Translations under genes and position numbers: made by a program | The notes under the pieces: model-generated | What the model was told of the DNA's origin: nothing | What the model saw: only the letters and a program-made list of their open reading frames with translations | The model's database searches: none | Shown here: positions 1 to 10,612 of the stretch, piece by piece | Position numbering within the stretch: position 1 is the stretch's first letter | Layout of the letters: each line of letters starts with the position of its first letter | Assembly (NCBI GenBank): GCA_965240325.2 | Contig: OZ251232.1 | Span: 2,108,001 to 2,172,000, forward strand | Origin: Rebecca billardiae RCC1528 | Lineage: Eukaryota; Protista; Haptophyta | DNA: 64,000 nt | Direction: 5' to 3'

Positions 1-717
1 GGGCTCGGTGGGCGCGCCGGCGGACGAGGGGCGCGTCGACCGACGCAGCGCGCCGCGCAGCGACACGTCCGCGTCCGCCTCGGCCGCCCCGACGACGAGC
101 TTCTCGGGCGCGCGCTCGTCGCGCGCGCGCGCAGAGCCCGCGCCGCGCGCGCGCGCCGAGTTGTTGCGCTTGGCGTGCGCGCCGCCCACGCCCTTGCGCG
201 CGCGCGGCGACACGCCGGTGCCGGCGCGAGCGCCCGCGTATTCCGGCGCGAGCCGCTCGGCGGCACCCACGCCGAGCGCGTGTGGGAAGCGCGTGATGCC
301 GTCGGGCGGCTGGTCGTGCTCGATCGTGAGCTCCTGCGCGACCGGCTGGTGCAGCGCGAGCAGGTGGCCCATCTTGCGCTGGTCTTCGAGCTCGCGCAGC
401 CTGAGGGCGTCGTTCTCGGCCTGAACCTTCAGCCGCGCTTCGCGCTCCTCCCACAGGAACATGTGCGCGTCGCTCAGGGCCTTCCGCAGCTGCGCATTCT
501 CGGCCTCGCGCTTGCGCGCCTCCCACTGGGCGGCGTGAACGTCCGCCTGCCCGGCAAGCCGCTGCTCGACCCAGGCCTGCACGTCGGCGAGCTCGCGCTC
601 GGCGTGCTCGACACGCTGCTTGTAGTACGCCAGGCGCGACTCGAGGTTGAGGCGCTCCGCGAGCCCGTCGCCCAGGTCCTCGCCCACCGCCGCCAGGGCG
701 CCGCCGGCGCCCGGCAT
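1..717 (-). CDS. CCDC77: CCDC77-like coiled-coil protein (3' part runs off the window)
   Basis: Minus-strand frame from ATG at 717 reads MPGAGG...LAYYKQRVEHAERE...QLRKALSDAHMFLWEEREARLKVQAENDALRLRELEDQRKMGHLLAL, matching the CCDC77 signature (LxKALSD..FxERE..LxxENDxLRxRELED). Not in the ORF track because it is open to position 1. Confidence 0.7.
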   Translation of the reverse strand, partial: MPGAGGALAAVGEDLGDGLAERLNLESRLAYYKQRVEHAERELADVQAWVEQRLAGQADVHAAQWEARKREAENAQLRKALSDAHMFLWEEREARLKVQAENDALRLRELEDQRKMGHLLALHQPVAQELTIEHDQPPDGITRFPHALGVGAAERLAPEYAGARAGTGVSPRARKGVGGAHAKRNNSARARGAGSARARDERAPEKLVVGAAEADADVSLRGALRRSTRPSSAGAPTEP

Positions 718-953
718 GTTTGAACCTGACTGAACTGTTCGCCTGGCGGCAAGCAAGCCAAGCTGAAAGCAAGGCGTTCGTCCGGGCGCGCGGGGAGAGG
801 GCAAGTTGAAAGTCCGGGGGGCACCTGCCGACGACAGCATCAGCCCGCAGCCGCCCTGCGCCCAGCCAACACGGGCCACGTGCGTACTGCGCGTGCCCAG
901 CCTCAAGGCCGAGGCGAGCGCGCGCCGAAGCGGCGCCTACGCCGCGGTTGGGC

Positions 954-3900
954 ATGGCCGAGGCCGAGAAAGACGCCGCGCACAAGGCGCACCGCGCGCG
1001 CAAGGCCAAGGGCGCAAAGGCCGCGCACAAGAAGGGCGCGGTCGCGGCGGCAAAGGCAAACCGCGGCGCGGGCAACAAGCACAACAACCCCAAGGCGTTC
1101 AAGTCATTCGCCGGGCCGGGCGGCGTGCGCAGCGCGGTGCGCACGCTCGAGAAGCGCGAGAAGCGGCAGCACGCACCGGTCGTCGATCGCTCCGCCGAGG
1201 TCGTGCTGCCCGCACCGTTTGTGGTCGCGGTCGTCGGCCCGCCGCAGTGCGGCAAGTCGACCGTGATCAAGTCGCTGGTGAAGCACCACACGCGCCAGTC
1301 GATCACGGGCGACATCAAGGGGCCGATCACCGTCGTCACCGGCAAGTCGCGCCGCCTCACCTTCATCGAGTGCCCGAACGACCTGCACGCGATGTGCGAC
1401 GTCGCCAAGATCGCCGACCTCGTGCTGCTGCTCGTCGACGGCTCGTTCGGCTTCGAGATGGAGGTGTTCGAGTTCCTCAACGTGTGCCAGGTGCACGGCT
1501 TCCCGCGCATCATGGGCGTGCTCACGCACCTCGACCACTTCCGCAACAACAAGGCGCTGCGGCGCACCAAGAAGGCGCTGAAGCACCGCTTCTGGACGGA
1601 GATCTACGACGGCGCCAAGCTCTTCTACTTCTCGGGGCTGAGCCACGGCCGCTACCCAAAGTCGGAGGTGCAGAACCTCTCGCGCTTCATCTCGGTGATG
1701 CGCTTCCGCCCGCTGTCGTGGCGCAACACGCACGCCGCCGTGCTCGCCGACCGCATGGAGGACCTCACGCCGCCGGCCGCGCTCCGCCTCACGCCGACGA
1801 CCGATCGGACCATCTCGCTGTACGGGTACGTGCGCGGCACGTATCTCAAGCCGCGCTCGACCGTGCACGTCGCCGGCGTCGGCGACTTCGCGCTCGACGC
1901 GCTCGACGTGCTGCCCGACCCGTGCCCGCCGCCCGACGCGCGCCCGGCCGGCGCGAGAAAAGCCACGCTGCGCGACCGCGAGAAGCACATCTACGCGCCG
2001 ATGGGCGACCTGGGCGACCTCATGTACGACCAGGACGCGGTGTACATCAACCTGCCAGACTCGGCGGTGCGATTCACCGCCACCCAGGACGAGATCGAGC
2101 GCGAGGCCCAGCTGCTCGCAGACGGCGGCGGCGATGGCGACCCGGCCGCCGCGGCCGCGGCGGCCGCGGCCGCGGCCGCGGCCAGCGCCGGCGCCGGCGC
2201 CGCTGGCGCGGACCTGCGCATGCAGGGCGTCGACCTCGTCAAGCAGCTGCAGCGACTGCGGCCGGACGAGTCCATCAACGCCCGGCTCGGCGCCGGACCC
2301 GGCCTGCAGCTCATCGCCGGCGGCGGCATGCTCACCGCCGATTCGCTCGCCGCTCCGGATGGGGAGGAGCCGCGCGCCGACGCGCCGGCGGATGAGGCCG
2401 AGGAGAGCAGCGAAGACGACGCGGACGGAGAGGAGAGCAGCGATGGCGATGGCGATGCCGATAGCGACGAGGGCGGGCCGTCGGAGGCGCACGCCGCAGT
2501 GCGAGGTGCGAGTGGGAGGCCGGTGCACGCGCGCGAGGAGACGGCAGCGGACGGGCAGCGCGTCCGTCGGCGCGCCGTGTTCGATGACGACCACGTCAGC
2601 GGCAGCGGCGATGACGAGAGCGACAGCGAGGAGGACTCGGACGGTGGCCACGGCGACGATGACGACGAGAGCGATGACGACGACAGCGAGCCCGATTTCG
2701 ACGGCGCGGCTCCCTGGAAGGACGGGCTGGTGGAGCGCGCGGCAGCCGCGCACGCAGAGCGGCAGACGCGCATCCCGAACCTGATGGCCTTCGTGTACGG
2801 CCACGGTGCATCGTCGCGGGATGACGGCGCTACGCATGCCGATGATGACGACATGAACGGCGGCGATGACGATGACGACTTCCTCGTCGAGGTCGGTGCG
2901 TCAAAGCGGGCACAGCGCGGGGCAGGTGGCCCGAGCGGCGGGGACGACGACATCGATGCGCCGGAGACGCCTCGGCTGCTCTTGCATGAGCACCAGCTCT
3001 CGCGGTGGGCGGATTCGAGCGAGCGAGAAGCCATTCGGGACCGCTTCGTCACCGGCCGCTGGGACGGCGCTGACGGCGGCTTGCCAGTGGAAGCCGAGCA
3101 GGCGGACGACGGTGGCTTCGAGGACCTCGAGACCGGCGAGCTAGTCGGCAGCATGCGCGATGCAGGCGCGGCTGCGGATGCAGGAGGCGAGGAGGACAGC
3201 CTGGCCGCGCGGAAGGCGGCTGCGAAGGCCAAGTTCGACGAGGAGTACGACACGAAGGGAAAGCGGCAACCCAGCGTGCCGTCTGTGGCGCGCCTTGATG
3301 GCGAGGAGGAGTCGGAGTTCGCGAAGGAGCAGCGCGAGGCTCGAGAGCGCCAGCTGCAGTTGAACAAAGCCGCTTTCGACGCAGACGACCCAGCGCTCGT
3401 CGAATTGCAAGGCGTTCGTCCAGGCACCTACGTGCGGCTGGTGATTTCGCGCGTGCCGTATCAGTTCGTGAAGCATTTCGACCCTCGCCGACCCATACTT
3501 GTCGGCGGTCTTCTTGCGGGTGAGGAAACGAAAGGCATGATCCAGGTAAGCAACAGCCAAGCGCACGCCCGAGCCCCCCTTGCCCCGCGTGCGGGGCGCA
3601 TCTTGTAATGTCGTCCGCACGCCCCGCGCCGGCGGCACACCACGCAGGTGCGCCTCAAGAAGCATCGCTGGCACAAGAAGATTCTGAAGACGCGAGACCC
3701 GCTGGTGATCAGCCTGGGGTGGCGTCGATTCCAGTCGGTGCCGGTCTATGGCATGCGGGACCCCTCGCGTCGATGTCGGTACCTCAAGTACACGCCAGAG
3801 CACATGCACTGCCTTGCGACCTTTTGGGGCCCACTTGTCCCGCCGAACACGGGCATGCTTGCTTTCGCAGCGACGAGCAAGTCTTCGTTTCGAATCGCGG

Positions 3901-4924
3901 CGACTGGGGTTGTGCTCGAGGCCGACCAATCGATGACCATCGTGAAGAAGCTCAAGCTGACAGGTGCCCCGTACAAAATATTCAAGAACACAGCGTTCGT
4001 GAAGGACATGTTCTCTTCCAGCCTGGAGGTGCGTGCATGCACTAGCCGCGGAGAAAGCCTCGCAAGTGGCGGCTATTCGAGCGGTGGGCGCGTCTTTGCT
4101 CGATCGAGTTTTACGCGGTGCTGACCGACAACGCCGCCGCGCCCCCTGCGTGCGCACCTCAGGTCGCCAAGTTCGAGGGGGCGGTCATTCGAACCGTCTC
4201 TGGCATCCGTGGCCAGGTGAAGAAGGCGCTCGCTGGTGGCAAAGGGGAATTCCGAGCTGCTTTTGAGGACAAGCTGCTACGTTCGGACATCGTGGTCCTC
4301 AAAGCATGGGTTCCGGTAGACGTCCCCAGTCTGTACAACCCCGTGACCACGTTGCTGGGCAGCGCGCCGGCACAACCTTCGCAGCCCACGGACGGCGATG
4401 CTGCAGACGGTGCCGCACCCGCGTCCGAACCTGAGCAGAACGACCCCGGCTGGGTGCCCATGCGATCGCATGCCGAGGTCCGTGCCGCCTCGGGACTTCC
4501 CGTGCCGCTGAAGCGAGATTCGCTGTACCGCACGATCGAGCGCGAACCACGGCGCTTCAACCCGCTCAAGATCCCGGCCAGTCTACAAGCCGCCTTGCCC
4601 TACAAGTCGAAGCCTAAGCTGACCAAGAAGCAGTCGCGGAAAAGCTACGAAGCAAAGCGTGCGGTCGTCGCCGAGCCGGAGGAGCGCAAGGTGGGCACAT
4701 TCATGCAGCAGTTGCGCACGCTCCGCAACGCGAAGGAGGCGAAAGCCCGTGAGCGCACGAAGGCCAAGCTCAAAGAGCGGGATGCGCGCGTGGCCAGAGA
4801 GGAGGCCGCCCGGGCGCAGGCCACAAAGGCACACCGCAAGCGACGATACAAGCGTGAGGGCATCGAGGTAGAGATCAAGGCGAAGATCGCGCGCAAGCAT
4901 GGGGCAGCTGCCGATGAGGACTGA
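954..4924 (+). CDS. BMS1: Ribosome biogenesis GTPase BMS1 (3 exons: 954-3545, 3648-4028, 4163-4924)
   Basis: GPPQCGKST P-loop, RRLTFIEC, DVAKIADLVLL, KHRFWTEIY; C-terminal KKHRWHKKILKTRDPL, KYTPEHMHC, IRTVSGIRGQVKKA. GT-AG introns 3546-3647 and 4029-4162 join in frame. Confidence 0.96.
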
Positions 4925-5230
4925 CCGTCAAGCAAGATTACACAACCTTTCTGCACAACCCACAGGGCCCGCGTGCGGCCGGTGTCTGGCAAGCGCGGTC
5001 GGCATCGCGCGATGGCGGCGCAGCCGTGTAGTTACGCATATCGCCAACATTAATAATTGATGGAGTGCTCGCCAAACGAGCATCAGAACATAGACTTGTG
5101 AGACCGCACGGCGACAATGAATTCCCGATCTGATGAGAGAGCATAGATATCACTGTGTAGGCCGAAACGAAAATAACGCCGCAATCGCTTGGTTTTCAGA
5201 CCTCGGCCCCACCGGCAAATGCGTTCAGCG

Positions 5231-5316
5231 ATGGTAAGATGACGAAGCGTTTTACCGCTGCGCCACCAGAGTCGACTCTGGTGGCGCAGCGGTAAAACGC
5301 TTCGTCATCTTACCAT
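5231..5316. repeat. Perfect 86-bp palindrome (two 43-bp arms, no spacer; centre gtc|gac)
   Basis: 5231-5273 atggtaagatgacgaagcgttttaccgctgcgccaccagagtc is the exact reverse complement of 5274-5316. Confidence 0.97.
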
Positions 5317-5677
5317 GACGTCCTGGGTTCGAATCCGCTGCGGTGCGCTTCTTTCACTCTTTCACAGCAGCCGCTGCGGCTTTCGTGTCTCGCAGGAGGG
5401 TCGCCCACGACCAGGGATTCCGGACACATTTCCGAATGTCCGGCCCCCGGGCGGCTCCCAGGGTCGGCTCTCCCCGGATTCCCTCCCAGGGGGCCCCGCC
5501 AGAGGGGCATGGGACGCGGAGCCAACCGCGAGAACAAACCGTACCCGGCAGGCGACCGGCCCCACACCCAGGGGGGTGTGGCTCAGAGTTGCAGCGGCAA
5601 ATTGGCACCGCGCGCGGATGAGACCCAGTACGTTATGGTAAGATGACGAAGCGTTTTACCGCTGCGCCACCAGAGTC
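5274..5677 (+). mobile_element. tRNA-headed fold-back element E1 (SINE-like, with terminal inverted repeats)
   Basis: Head has A box TGGCGCAGCGG and B box GGTTCGAATCC but no acceptor stem. 5635-5677 is an exact inverted copy of 5274-5316, and imperfect pairing extends over 5605-5677 vs 5274-5346. Confidence 0.7.
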
Positions 5678-5783
5678 GAACGCTTCGTCATCTTACCAAG
5701 CGACCTTAAAAACATTGGGACCGCTCGGGGTTGGGCGTCAGGTGCCACAGCGACCATCCAACCGCCGGAACCGTCCATAAGTC

Positions 5784-6560
5784 GAAGGACGCTAGCGTAT
5801 CTTCCTTTCGAGGGTGCCGGTAGTACGCTAGCGCCAGCTATGTTCGAGACCTCAGAGGCTAAGACTTCATTCAACCAGAGGTGCCCCAGGAGGTGCCCAA
5901 CATGATTGACTCAATTGGCAGCAAGCGCCGCCCGCGCACGTCAGAGAGCTCCACGACTGACGTTTTGAGTGACACGCTCAGCGACGCGCTCGGCCCTCGT
6001 CGTCGGACGACCAACAGCACTGAGGGTTCACGGCGACAGCACACAGGGCGGGCTAGTCGGCGGGACGTACGGCTTTCGCGACTCCATCAACCATTGGCGA
6101 GCGCGCGGTGGCAGCGGCGCGCTGGTCGCACCTGCAACGCCCTGCTCAGGCACCGCGGCCATCGCACTGCTGGCCACGCTCCCGGCTCGTGCCGCAGCGG
6201 CCGCGCGTAGCTTGCACTGGCGCAACTGGCGTGGTGCGTGGCAGCGCGGTGGCACTCGGGGCAATGACGTTGACGATGATAAGTTGCTCCATCGCCACAG
6301 CCCGCTCGAAGCCCTGCGCCGCGCCGCTTTCCTCCGCCTCACGCCGCGCAGCGCCGCAGTCATCCGAATCACGACCGTCGTCGAGCGCGGTCGCCTCTGG
6401 AGGGCCGTCGTCGGCATCAGAAGAGAAGGTCTCGTCATGTGAGTTGTCGTTGAGGTCCCAGGCATCAATCGCGCCCGCGGCCGCCCTCGCGCGCGCCCCC
6501 CACGCGACGTCAGAGCTCACGCGCGCCGGGGCGCAATCGAAGATACGCTAGCGTATCTTC
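5784..6560. mobile_element. Segment bounded by direct copies of a 21-22-bp palindrome
   Basis: gaaggacgctagcgtatcttc at 5784-5804 and perfect palindrome gaagatacgctagcgtatcttc at 6539-6560. Confidence 0.45.
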
Positions 6561-6967
6561 CCCGCGGCCAACAAAGAGATAACGAGTCAACAGAGAAGAG
6601 GGCGGGTCAATTGGACATCTGCAGCGGGCGGCGGCCCTCCGCCGCGAAGGCTGGTGGGCGCCAAAGAGAACGAGCACGTCTCAGGTCGCGCTTCTCGCAG
6701 CCTCCGCCTAGTTCCATGAGTGCCGTACTGCCGTGCACACGGCATAGAACGACAGCCTTTCAAGGCGGCATGACGTGTGTGCGGACTCAACGATAAGAGG
6801 AAGGGCGGAATCCGGGGCAAGGCGCGGCTGCGCTAGCGCGCGTGGGTCCCCAGAGCAACCCAGTCCCGAGCCGCTTCACGCCTTCATCACGCGCTTTTTT
6901 TCCTGCGAGAGAGCGTTCCGAGTTCGATGCCCATGCCTCGGCTGGTGCTAGGGGGTCAACTAGAAAC

Positions 6968-7033
6968 GCGTTTTCCCGCTGCGTCACCAGAGACTTTGAT
7001 GGCGCAGCGGGAAACGCTTCGCTGTCTTGCCAT
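6968..7033. repeat. Diverged copy of the E1 palindrome
   Basis: gcgttttcccgctgcgtcaccagagactttgatggcgcagcgggaaacgcttcgctgtcttgccat aligns to 5247-5316. Confidence 0.8.
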
Positions 7034-7054
7034 CGTCATCAGCACTCATCACCA

Positions 7055-9004
7055 TCAGGCCTGGTCATCTTTGCTTGGACCATCTTGGCTTGGACGCATC
7101 TCACATGCCGATGCCAACTGCGTCCCAGGGATCGACGATTCGGAGTGCGCGCGATACACACGGCGGCCTCGCGCGCTGAGGCCGATTGCCAATGCGCCGG
7201 GCGCGCCCACGTCTGCAGAAGCGCTCGCGCGTCGGCCTTTTGCCACACACGATGCACGCCTGTCCGGCAGGGGGCCGCGGTCCGCAGGGTGTGCCACCGA
7301 CGCCTTGAGCATCGCGGCTATGAGCACGTCGGCCCGAGCACCCAGCTGGGTCAGTCCCTGCGCCGCGCTAGCAGCCTGGTGACTGTGGTCCTGCTCACCG
7401 CCGCCATCCACAGCCCGCCGCAGCGCGTCAAGTTCGTCGGCGAGTGCCTCCGCGAGCGACAAAGTCGCGCGGATGAGGCCGTGGAAAGGCAGCCCACGCG
7501 GGCGCGGAAGGCTGGGGGTGTGCCAGCCCGTGCCGATGTCGTCTAGTCGGCCAAGCGCTCCGCGCGCAGACCGCTCGGCAGCGTCGCGCGCGCCAGCGAG
7601 GCCGGTGCGCTCGGCCACGGCGGCGAAGACGACAGGAAGCACGCCGCGTCCGCCAACCGGTTGATCGAATCCACTGGCACCTGCGCTCGCCGCGCGCCTG
7701 GGCTCGGCGAGTGCGTCGAAGAGCGCGCGCAGATGCTGCAGCACATCTGGCGACGCATCCAGGTGACGCCCAGCTGCCCGAGGCCGCGCGGCAGGCTGCG
7801 AAGTAGCGTGCAGGGGCTCAAGGCCATGCGCGGCGCAGATGCCAGCTACCGCGGGATCGTCCGCGCCTGACGCCGTGCGCGAGAGGAGCATCGCCGCCTT
7901 GACGACCCCAACCTTGGTCGTCACCTCGTCCTCGTCTCCACCATCCAGCGCCATCGACGGCGAGTGGTTGAGCTCGATGAGCCATGGCTTCGAGTCGGCA
8001 TCGATGAGGACGTCCACGCCGAGCACCTGGAAGCAGCAGCGCGGGCCATGCGTGTGCGATGGGAGCGCCTGCTCGTAGAGCTCGGAGGCGAGAGCGCAGA
8101 TGGAGCGGACGCCCACGTGGACGACGTCCCGGATCGACGCCCAGACCACACCCGCATCAACGCCCACGCCGCTGGCACCGTCGGCCCGAGCGCTCCAGCC
8201 GAGCTTGTTCGAGAGGCCCGTGAGCGGCATGGCCAGGCTGGAGTTTGTGAGGTGAATGTACGGATCGAGTCGCGCGAGCTCTCCCCCGCGCTCGCCTTGC
8301 GCCACGTCGGAGCGTCTTGCCTCGGAGGACGCCGTGCCGGCGCAAGCGGCATGCTCGCGGCGCCCTGCCTCCACCGGCGCATACGGCCGTGCAGCCACGC
8401 GAGCGAGCGCCCGCGTGCACACGTACGCCTCAAACGGGTGCGCGCACATCAGCAGCGCGTACATGCGGAGGTCGAACTTGTGCCCGGCGGATGCCGGCGC
8501 GGCGCTGAGCAGCGGTCGGTCGACGTAGATCTGTGCGACGCACCGCTGCCGTCGAGACAGCGAGCGCGCCGCACGGACGGCGTCCGGGGCGCGCACCAAG
8601 ACGATCCCGTCACCCTGACAGCCTGCGTCCGGCTTCAGAATGAACGCGCCACCGAGAGCAGGCACGGCCGCTTCGAAGGCTGCGAGCTCGGCGGGCAGGC
8701 ACCACGTCTGCGGGCTCACGGTATGGCCGGCGCCGTACAACGCCTCCGCCCAGCGGAGCTGGTGCGCGAGGCACACCTTCCGGCACAGCCGAACCATTCC
8801 GTAGAAGCGGTTGATCGCCTGCTCTGGCGCGACGCGCGCGAAGTGCGCGCGCGAGATGGGCGCGTCGAACCAGTGCAGCGCTGCGGTGCCCCCAGCATCG
8901 GCCTCATCCCACTCAAGCTCGTGCAGCGCGCGCCGCACCGCGGCGGCGTAATACTTGGCGCTCATCATCGACACGTCTACGCGCGGCGGCGCGGCGGGCG
9001 CCAT
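7055..9004 (-). CDS. Tubulin-tyrosine ligase family protein (TTLL polyglutamylase-like)
   Basis: INRFYGM..LCRK, PQTWCLP, FILKPDAGCQGDGI, VAQIYVDRPLL, KFDLRMYAL, HLTNSS, CFQVLGVDVLID..KPWLIELNHSPS. Start taken at the ATG at 9004. Confidence 0.9.
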   Translation of the reverse strand: MAPAAPPRVDVSMMSAKYYAAAVRRALHELEWDEADAGGTAALHWFDAPISRAHFARVAPEQAINRFYGMVRLCRKVCLAHQLRWAEALYGAGHTVSPQTWCLPAELAAFEAAVPALGGAFILKPDAGCQGDGIVLVRAPDAVRAARSLSRRQRCVAQIYVDRPLLSAAPASAGHKFDLRMYALLMCAHPFEAYVCTRALARVAARPYAPVEAGRREHAACAGTASSEARRSDVAQGERGGELARLDPYIHLTNSSLAMPLTGLSNKLGWSARADGASGVGVDAGVVWASIRDVVHVGVRSICALASELYEQALPSHTHGPRCCFQVLGVDVLIDADSKPWLIELNHSPSMALDGGDEDEVTTKVGVVKAAMLLSRTASGADDPAVAGICAAHGLEPLHATSQPAARPRAAGRHLDASPDVLQHLRALFDALAEPRRAASAGASGFDQPVGGRGVLPVVFAAVAERTGLAGARDAAERSARGALGRLDDIGTGWHTPSLPRPRGLPFHGLIRATLSLAEALADELDALRRAVDGGGEQDHSHQAASAAQGLTQLGARADVLIAAMLKASVAHPADRGPLPDRRASCVAKGRRASASADVGAPGALAIGLSARGRRVYRAHSESSIPGTQLASACEMRPSQDGPSKDDQA

Positions 9005-9085
9005 ACTGGCGGGTCGCTCGCGCCAAAAATTCGCCACACATGACACAAGTAATCTTCGCTGCAACGGTCGCATCAAGACGATAAT

Positions 9086-10003
9086 ATGGCCGTTGAATCA
9101 CTTGAATGGCGCGGGCGCCGCGACGCGGGCGCATACCTGCGCACGCTGCGCGCCAACGCGTCAGCTCGCGCCCCAAGTGGTATAAGTGGTGCCGACTGGC
9201 TCGCAATACGCCTGCGCGCCTTCGGCGACGCGATCGATCTCGACGAATTCGCGACGGCTGTGCAGCCTGCCATGGCGCATGTGCCGCGCGCGCGCATCGA
9301 CGACTGCTTCCGATCGTTGAGTGGGGGACGTGACACGATTGGCGCGGAGGCCCTGCTCCACAAGCTGTTCCGAGACGAGCCCGTCTACCTCCTGTCAGGT
9401 GGGGAGCCGGCGCACGCCCCACTGGCCGCGCTCTTCACGTCGCGCGACGCCGCCACGCTCGGGCGCGATCTCTCGCGCACGCAAGGCTGGGGACTGCGAC
9501 AGCGGCGCGAGGAGGACGCGAGGGCGAAGAAGCTGGACGAGGCGCTGGACAACGACGCCCGAATTATGCGCAATGCACTCCTGTGCAGGTATGCCCCCCA
9601 TGGTGCGCCGTCGAGTGCGCGCGTCGGCGCAGGCTGCCGCGCGTCCAGCTCGCACGATCCCAGCACGCCAGCGGCTGCGCCGGCGTCGGCGGTCGCAGCG
9701 CCTGGTTCATCCTGTCGAGCGTTCAGGCTTGCAGCGCCATCGAGTGCGCCCTCTCCCACACCGCCGTTCCTGCACCCGGCTGCCGCTTTGGCGCCGATGG
9801 CGGGCCCACCACACAGCACGCGCACTCGTCGGCGCTCGCCCCTGGGTGCGGGGCGGCGACCACGCCCTGCAAGTGAACCCGCCGGACCCCCGCCGCCGCG
9901 CATCGTGACGCATGCGGCGCGCCCTCGTCACATGGGGGTCCGCGTGCGGACGGCACGCTCGGAGGTGCTCGTGACCGCGCCGCCGGCAGGGTTGCGCCGC
10001 TGA
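9086..10003 (+). CDS. Hypothetical protein with a degenerate EF-hand-like pair (3' end and splicing uncertain)
   Basis: AFGDAIDLDEFATAV...IDDCFRSLSGGRDTIGAEALL resembles a paired EF-hand. Possible splice donor (cag|gtatg) near 9588. Confidence 0.35.
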   Translation: MAVESLEWRGRRDAGAYLRTLRANASARAPSGISGADWLAIRLRAFGDAIDLDEFATAVQPAMAHVPRARIDDCFRSLSGGRDTIGAEALLHKLFRDEPVYLLSGGEPAHAPLAALFTSRDAATLGRDLSRTQGWGLRQRREEDARAKKLDEALDNDARIMRNALLCRYAPHGAPSSARVGAGCRASSSHDPSTPAAAPASAVAAPGSSCRAFRLAAPSSAPSPTPPFLHPAAALAPMAGPPHSTRTRRRSPLGAGRRPRPASEPAGPPPPRIVTHAARPRHMGVRVRTARSEVLVTAPPAGLRR

Positions 10004-10489
10004 GTGCGACGGTGCCGGCGGCGGGCGGTCTAGTCATCATCGACATCAGCAGCCCGGCCACTGAGCCGTCTCGGACGGCCTCAGTCACGCCCGCGCGCGC
10101 ATGGTGCACGTGCGCCCGGGGGACGGGGGCACGCGCCCACGGGGGCGCTGCGACACTCCGCGCTGCGCACGACGACCGTATACTGCTGGTACTACTCACG
10201 TACCGTAGTCTTCGAGACCGGCTACGTCCGCCAGCCAGGTGCCACTGCCAGTCGGGCCAGTTACGCCGTCGCGCGCACATAGTCCCGCGGTGCCGATGAC
10301 ACTAAGTGTCACGTGTGCCGCGCGCACACTGGCTACGTCCGCACCGGCACGACCATATTGCTTGCGCTGATGGTGATATTGGATCATCACGGGCAGGCCG
10401 GACGCGTATACCCGTAACCCGCCACCAACTACCATAACCAAGCGACAGGCCACTGACACTCGCCGAGCGACGCATGGACCCTCACCCTG

Positions 10490-10612
10490 TGTTAAGCTTT
10501 GCGCCGAGTCCTTAACCACTCGGACACGCAAAAGCTCCCACGACGCGTCGTGGGGGCTTTTGCGTGTCCGAGTGGTTAAGGACTCGGCTCAAAAGCTTAA
10601 CATAACGCGGTT
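10490..10612. repeat. Near-perfect head-to-head palindrome at the E2 tail (centre cacgacg|cgtcgtg, 10545/10546)
   Basis: 10490-10545 is a slightly diverged reverse complement of the arm starting at 10546. Confidence 0.92.

Noticed and set aside
806-2837. Long overlapping alternative-frame and antisense ORFs (here and across all genes)
   Set aside because: Expected shadows of very high GC and biased third-codon positions; they are Arg/Ala/Gly-rich and lack motifs.
5130-5169. Hammerhead ribozyme (CTGATGA...GAAAC)
   Set aside because: Core words are present but no convincing stems I-III could be formed by eye; an Infernal search would be needed.
5274-5346. Functional tRNA gene
   Set aside because: A and B boxes are present, but there is no 7-bp acceptor stem, the T stem is weak and the anticodon loop is irregular; treated as a tRNA-derived head. 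The same applies to the E2 head.
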